DNA from: Armatimonadota bacterium
Lineage (GTDB): Bacteria > Armatimonadota > Armatimonadia > Armatimonadales > Armatimonadaceae
Direction of reading: 5' to 3'
Length of the DNA: 12,742 bases
Assembly: GCA_043754515.1 (NCBI GenBank)
Contig: JAYUUO010000118.1
Span: 1-12,742, forward strand
The number at the start of each line of letters is the position of its first letter. Positions within the stretch are counted from its first letter, which is position 1. Under the pieces are notes generated by a model. It was given only the letters and a program-made list of their open reading frames with translations, was not told the DNA's origin and did not search any database. This document shows positions 8,522 through 12,742 of the stretch, piece by piece. The translations under genes were made by a program, and so were the position numbers.

Positions 8522-11196
8522 TCAAGGGCGAGCGAGTGTCACCGCTTGCAGTTGCGCCTGCCCCGTGAATCGGTTTGGCTCGGCGTCCAGGGACCAGGCG
8601 ATTTCCAGCGTCTGCCCCGGTCAGGCGGCTTTGTAGCGAGCGGAGTAGAGTGCCGTAAATGATCCTGGTGCCCCCGCCCAGTCCTTAGCCGTGTAGTTCC
8701 CATCGAACGTCGCGCTGACGTACTCCGGCGCGGAACCGTCGGATAGTTTCGCCGTAAACCGGCCCCGTGCCCCCTCCACACCACCAACATACACCCATAC
8801 GATCCGCTCCGAATTGTCCGCGGGCACCGTGAAGCGGACGCCTTTGCCGACATGGTTCCACCACAGCGAGACGTGTGAGTCGTTCCGCACGGCGACCGGG
8901 ACCCCATCTGCCCACGAGGCTCCGACCCCGAACCCCGGCGTCGCGTCGAGGTACCCGTCGCCGAACGGCGTCAGCGCGCCGATTTTGTTGCCGCCGCCGA
9001 CTTTGCGGTTCACCGCGTCTTTGCTATCTAGGCCGAAATGTGCCCAGTCCTCCGTGCCCTCCGCCGACAGATTGACCACGCCCGGACTACCCTTCGCCAT
9101 GCCGATTATCATTCCTTGCGTCGCCACGCCGATAAGCAACGTCTGATCGGCGAGATTGTTCATCTTATCGCGCTCGCCGGGGAGCCGGTTTATGTCATCG
9201 AGCATGCAGGTAATCAAAGTAGTATGGGCGTCCTGGGGGACGGCGAGAATCACGGGACCGACCCGCAGTTCGCGTGTCTCGCCGGGCTTGTATGGTGCTT
9301 CGCTATTTGATTCGAACGTCGTGTACTTGCCGTTCACGAAGAAAGTGGCAGTGACCGAAACCTCGTTCGGAGTCGCGCCGTCGCCGACGTTACGCACAGT
9401 GGCTTTGAACGTCACCGGATCGCCCGGTTTCGGATTCGTCGGCTCGGTCGAAACTGAGTCAATCGCCACGTCGGGGAACTTAGCGGCGGCGGTCTGAAGG
9501 ACGATCGTCTTGCGCGGCGACATGTTGCCCGATTTATCGTAGGCTTGCACCGCGTAGGTGTAGCCGAGTCCCGGACGGAGCCACGCCGACGTGTCCGTAT
9601 AGCCAGTTCCGGCGGTATGCGCGATGTACCGGTCGTTGCGGAATACGAAGTAGCCCGCAATATCGGTCACGCGGGCGGACGGTGTCCAGGAGAGTCTCGC
9701 TGTGTTTTCGGTCGCCGTTCCGGTAAGCGTCGCCGGGGCCGGGGGCGCGGCCTTGTTACCGACCGGGAGCGGCATGATGCGAACGATCATCGGCGCATCC
9801 GCCACTGCTAGCGATAACATGCCATCCTTCACAGTCGCCGTGGACTCCTCAAAGCGTTTACCATCCGCCGACTGCGTGAGGATCGTGACCTTCGGCGCGA
9901 CGGGCGTTTGTAGCCGCAACACCACCGGTACGGGCGCGTTCACAATTTCGCGCCGCGCGCCGTCGTCATAGTTCCTGACCTCGTTCCATATAAGCAGGGA
10001 ATATTCGCCGCCCTTCTTCCGCAGGGTCAACGTGTGAACCGTGTCCGGCGCGCCCAGTGCCGTGAATAGAAGCGTACGTCCGACGCCGTAGCTCGCCCCG
10101 TCCCACTTGTGCGTGACCGGGTTCCACGTCGCGTCCTTGAGTGCCGCGACCCAGGCTTATAAGCCGTAGTAGGACGGATGAATCGTTTTGTTGTCGCTCT
10201 CGATCAGGCCGTATCCGTCCGCGTTGCCCACCGCGAAAAGGTACTCTCGCTTGATGCCATGGCGGAAGTACTCGGCTGTCAGCATCGGCAGACGGCGCGC
10301 CTACATTCGCAGTTGCGCCTCCTTTTCCGCGCCACCCTCCGCGGTCACGTTGTCGCCGCATTCGGTCGGCACGAACGGCCGGATTGTCGCGCCTACCGGG
10401 TAGATGTTGTTAAAGTTCGTGATGTTAGACAGAAGGCTCGATGACGGCACGCCGGTCCCCTGGTACGAATGTATGTTGGCGTACTCGAAGGCGGCGAACG
10501 GTCTGGCGAGGCGATAGTCGGTGAAGATAGCGGTGTACGCGACCCACGGGATGTTCTTCGTCGCCGGGTCGCTCTTCGCAACCGCCGCGTAGTCTGTTTG
10601 CCAGGCCGCGCCCGTTGCCTCGTCAGTTTTCCCGCCGTACTTCATGTTCAACTCCTGCGGGGGGAAATTGTTATTGACCTCGTTCGGATCCTCGATCAGT
10701 GCGATCAGCCCCGGCGCGTACCGCTTGAGTAGGGCGACGAACTCAGAAGGGCTACCGGACTTGCGCGGGTCGAGCAGAAACATCGGGCGCAGGCCGTACT
10801 GGTCGAAAGCGTCCTTCATTAGCATGGGCTGATTAGGCTGGGTCAGATCGTCCCTCAAACAGGCGCGGTAGTGGCGGATGCCGAGGCCGACGAGGAACCC
10901 TTCGGCGAACGCCGGGTCGGAAACACCCGCGCCCGCGAACGGCCCGTCCTCGATGTAGCCCGCGAATGGGTTGGTGTTGATCGCGAGGCTGTCGTTGAGC
11001 GATTCCTCCGTGAATGTGGGCACGCGGGGTCGCCGCCGCTGTCATTCTGGGCGAACGTGGAAACGCACAGCGACAGAGTGCGAGGAACGAGAAACGTCCG
11101 TAAAATACTGCATCGGTTAAACTTTCGGCGGACGAATGTACTGTTTGGCTAGGCACCACAACCCAACCGGTGGGTATGTGCTATGTCACACGCCAC
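8522..11196 (-). pseudogene. Secreted multidomain protein (clan GH-A-like TIM barrel + FN3 + CARDB + C-terminal beta-rich domain), interrupted by in-frame stops
   Basis: 11023..8522 is a single frame of 833 codons, broken by TAG (10303..10301), TAA (10159..10157) and TGA (8623..8621). Readthrough gives continuous plausible protein: '...QLRM*ARRLPMLTAEYFRHGIKREYLF...PSYYGL*AWVAALKDATW...TVHTLTLRKKGGEYSLLIWNE...RYKAA*PGQTLEIAW...AQLQAVTLARP'. Motifs: 'IEDPNEVN' (acid/base), 'ANIHSY', 'PTECG' (nucleophile), FN3 'LSWTPS...GYFVFRN...YTYAVQAYDKSGNMS', CARDB 'PDVAIDSV...VTFKATVRNVGDGAT'. A signal-peptide-like segment lies upstream in another frame, so the 5' boundary is uncertain. Confidence 0.82.
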
Positions 11197-11216
11197 GACA
11201 TCCTTTGTCCTGATTC

Positions 11217-11245
11217 ATTGTAACCACATCTGGTAAAACTATCAA
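11217..11245 (-). promoter_or_regulatory. Sigma70-type promoter of the GH/LacI/DUF1559 operon
   Basis: Minus strand TTGATA (11245..11240), 17-nt spacer, TACAAT (11222..11217). An AT-rich tract lies upstream and an RBS-like AAAGGA at 11206..11201. Confidence 0.65.
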
Positions 11246-11246
11246 G

Positions 11247-11262
11247 ATATTTATATAAACAT
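11247..11262. promoter_or_regulatory. Near-perfect 16-bp palindrome between divergent promoters (candidate operator or shared UP element)
   Basis: ATATTTATATAAACAT. Its reverse complement ATGTTTATATAAATAT differs at only one symmetric pair. It lies between the two -35 boxes. Confidence 0.4.
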
Positions 11263-11270
11263 TTTATTTA

Positions 11271-11299
11271 TTGTCGCGTGATCTATCCGCCTATATAAT
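11271..11299 (+). promoter_or_regulatory. Sigma70-type promoter of the OGG1-like gene
   Basis: TTGTCG (11271-11276), 17-nt spacer, TATAAT (11294-11299). The GTG start lies 6 nt downstream. Confidence 0.72.
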
Positions 11300-11305
11300 C
11301 GTGTC

Positions 11306-12265
11306 GTGACGAAACCACGACATGTCTTCAGCGGGCGTCTCCGCGACATCCCGCCGGAAGAGTGCGATCTGGACGCAACGCTCCGGAGCGGGCAGGTTTT
11401 CCGGTGGCGGTTCAACGGTGGAATCGGCGCGTGGCGCGGCTTTATCGAAGGCGGGCACGAATTGCACCTCTCGCGCGGCGACGGCGACGCGATCATTTAC
11501 GAGATCGCTGGGGATATTGAGACTGCGAGCGAGGCCGAAACGGCGGTGCGCCGCTTCCTGCGCCTTGACGACGTGAAACTCGCTGAGCAAGCGGAAGAGT
11601 GGGCGTCCGCCGACCGCCATTTCGCGGAAGCGTGGGCGGCGCGTCCTGGAATCCGCGTCCTGCGGCAGGACCCTTACGAGTGCTTCTTTTCGTTCTTATG
11701 CGCATCGGTTGCTCCCATCGCGCGGATCGGCTCGATGTTGCAAGCCGTCGCGCGTGAGTGCGCCGGGGACGCGTTCGGCGCATTCCCGACGCCGACGTGC
11801 CTCGCGGGGGTTACCGAGGAGACGCTACGGGGCCTCGGCCTCGGCTTCCGGGCGAAGCGGGTCGCCGAGGCCGCGCGGCATGTGGCGATGGGTCTTCCGC
11901 CGGATCATTTCACGTCGCTACGCGCCCTGTCCCGCGATGCGGCGAAGCGCGAACTCGTGCTATTCTTCGGCGTCGGCGAGAAGATCGCGGACTGCGTATG
12001 CCTTTTTGCGCTCGACAAAGACGCGGCGATCCCGGTAGACACACATATCTGGCGGATGGCGAAGAACTGGTACCTGCCGGAACTCGCGGGAAAGCCGCTC
12101 AACGCCGCGAACTACGCGAAGGTAGGGCAGGCGTTCCACGACACGTTCGGCGAGAAATGCGGCTGGGCGCAACAAACCCTGTTCTATAGGGCGGCGGTCG
12201 GCTCGCGCAAACCGGTGGGCGACTCCGCCCCGGCTAAGGTTTCGGCTTCGTCCACGGGAACGTGA
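11306..12265 (+). CDS. ogg: 8-oxoguanine DNA glycosylase/AP lyase, OGG1-type (OGG_N + HhH-GPD), 319 aa
   Basis: N-terminal 'DLDATLRSGQVFRW', then 'GIRVLRQDPYECFFSFLCAS', 'LRGLGLGFRAK', the HhH with catalytic Lys 'GVGEKIADCVCLFAL', catalytic Asp in 'IPVDTHIWR', and C-terminal 'FGEKCGWAQQTLF'. Confidence 0.93.
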   Translation: MTKPRHVFSGRLRDIPPEECDLDATLRSGQVFRWRFNGGIGAWRGFIEGGHELHLSRGDGDAIIYEIAGDIETASEAETAVRRFLRLDDVKLAEQAEEWASADRHFAEAWAARPGIRVLRQDPYECFFSFLCASVAPIARIGSMLQAVARECAGDAFGAFPTPTCLAGVTEETLRGLGLGFRAKRVAEAARHVAMGLPPDHFTSLRALSRDAAKRELVLFFGVGEKIADCVCLFALDKDAAIPVDTHIWRMAKNWYLPELAGKPLNAANYAKVGQAFHDTFGEKCGWAQQTLFYRAAVGSRKPVGDSAPAKVSASSTGT

Positions 12266-12742
12266 TACGCTCCCGCGCATCCGGCTTGCCGTCTTCGCCC
12301 GGAAACAACGCCCCGCGCTCGCCAGATCATAGCCGGTTCCGGTCGGCTCGGGCTTGTACAGAAGCGGCTTCGCGGTGAACGGGCCGGTGAGGAGATTCGC
12401 GCCCAACCCTAGCTCCTCCAGCGACTTCGGCAGATACTCGTTCTCCCAGCGGAACGCGCGGATGGCGGCGTGAACCGCGACCAGTTGGAAGCTCGCGCGC
12501 CCCATCACACATTTTTGTACAACTCGCGCCCCGAGCAGAACCCTTTTCCGTAGTGCCGGTATCATCGGGTGCCGGAAGGCATCCGCGGCTGTCGGCGGGT
12601 CGAGCGTCATTCGCCCGGTCGGATCGGCTATCAGCGCGTTAGCGCGGTCGTAGTAGCTGCTAGCCTCTCCGCTCAGTTCGTTCAGCACCCGCTCGCGAAC
12701 GCTGGGGTTGGTACGGAGCAGGGCGGCCCACTCCAAAGCCTC
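12234..12742 (-). CDS. 3' part of a hypothetical protein with a GspG-C-terminus-like motif; probable 1-nt frameshift near 12311-12314
   Basis: The frame is open to the right edge. 'AAIRAFRWENEYLPKSLEEL...LLTGPFTAKPLLYK...YDLASAG' resembles the LP.SL.EL...DPF.G.P..Y...Y.L.S.G pattern of pseudopilin-like C-termini. After SAG, the -1 frame reads ALFPGEDGKPDARERITFPWTKPKP* (TAG 12236..12234), which avoids a 306-nt overlap with ogg. Confidence 0.6.

Noticed and set aside
8587..8623. Selenocysteine at TGA 8623..8621 with a following hairpin (CCGGGG-CAG...CTG-GT-CCCTGG)
   Set aside because: Such pairing arises easily in GC-rich DNA. The position is not in a redox/Cys-like motif, and the gene already has two other nonsense codons upstream.
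7349..8636. Plus-strand ORFs 7349..8224 and 8064..8636
   Set aside because: Antisense shadows of lacI.
8539..8907. 122-aa minus-strand ORF as a frameshifted continuation of the GH gene
   Set aside because: The real continuation is in the same frame past the TGA (PGQTLEIAW...). This ORF is off-frame noise.
10154..10165. Perfect 12-bp palindrome GGCTTATAAGCC at the TAA nonsense codon
   Set aside because: Isolated and intragenic. Probably completed by the nonsense mutation itself, with no support as a binding or recombination site.
9966..10361. 131-aa minus-strand ORF bridging the two GH fragments
   Set aside because: The bridge is the main frame with two stops, which reads as sensible GH barrel sequence. 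This alternate frame does not.
8522..11023. Stop-codon reassignment or pyrrolysine readthrough explaining the in-frame stops
   Set aside because: Three different stop codons are involved. TAG, TAA and TGA all serve as normal terminators for intact genes in this window (phyH/sucB TAG, sucA/lacI TAA, ogg TGA).
11960..12233. Long overlap of ORF 11960..12736 with ogg as a true overlapping gene pair
   Set aside because: Better explained by a 1-nt frameshift near 12311-12314. The overlapping part has no protein-like features.

Overview
GC-rich bacterial window, probably from Armatimonadota (inferred from the 'ILFPVFAQAREKARQTSCLSNLKQLG...MQYVQDYDE' style of its DUF1559 protein). From left to right it holds: (1) a 5'-truncated mscS fragment at the edge, missed by the ORF track; (2) a PhyH-family Fe(II)/2-oxoglutarate dioxygenase with its own sigma70 promoter and terminator; (3) intact sucA-sucB (2-oxoglutarate dehydrogenase E1/E2) with no adjacent E3; (4) a decaying minus-strand operon; (5) a divergent, probably leaderless OGG1-type 8-oxoguanine glycosylase; (6) the frameshifted 3' end of a convergent hypothetical gene. 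The decaying operon runs promoter > secreted clan GH-A-like/FN3/CARDB protein > LacI regulator > DUF1559/H-X9-DG prepilin-like gene > small lipoprotein > terminator. The GH-like gene is one reading frame broken by TAG, TAA and TGA. The DUF1559 gene has lost its GFTLIELLVV motif and carries an internal frameshift. This operon looks like a polysaccharide-utilisation-type locus built around a prepilin-like protein rather than SusC/D. All the lesions I found are in accessory genes, and the core genes read intact.
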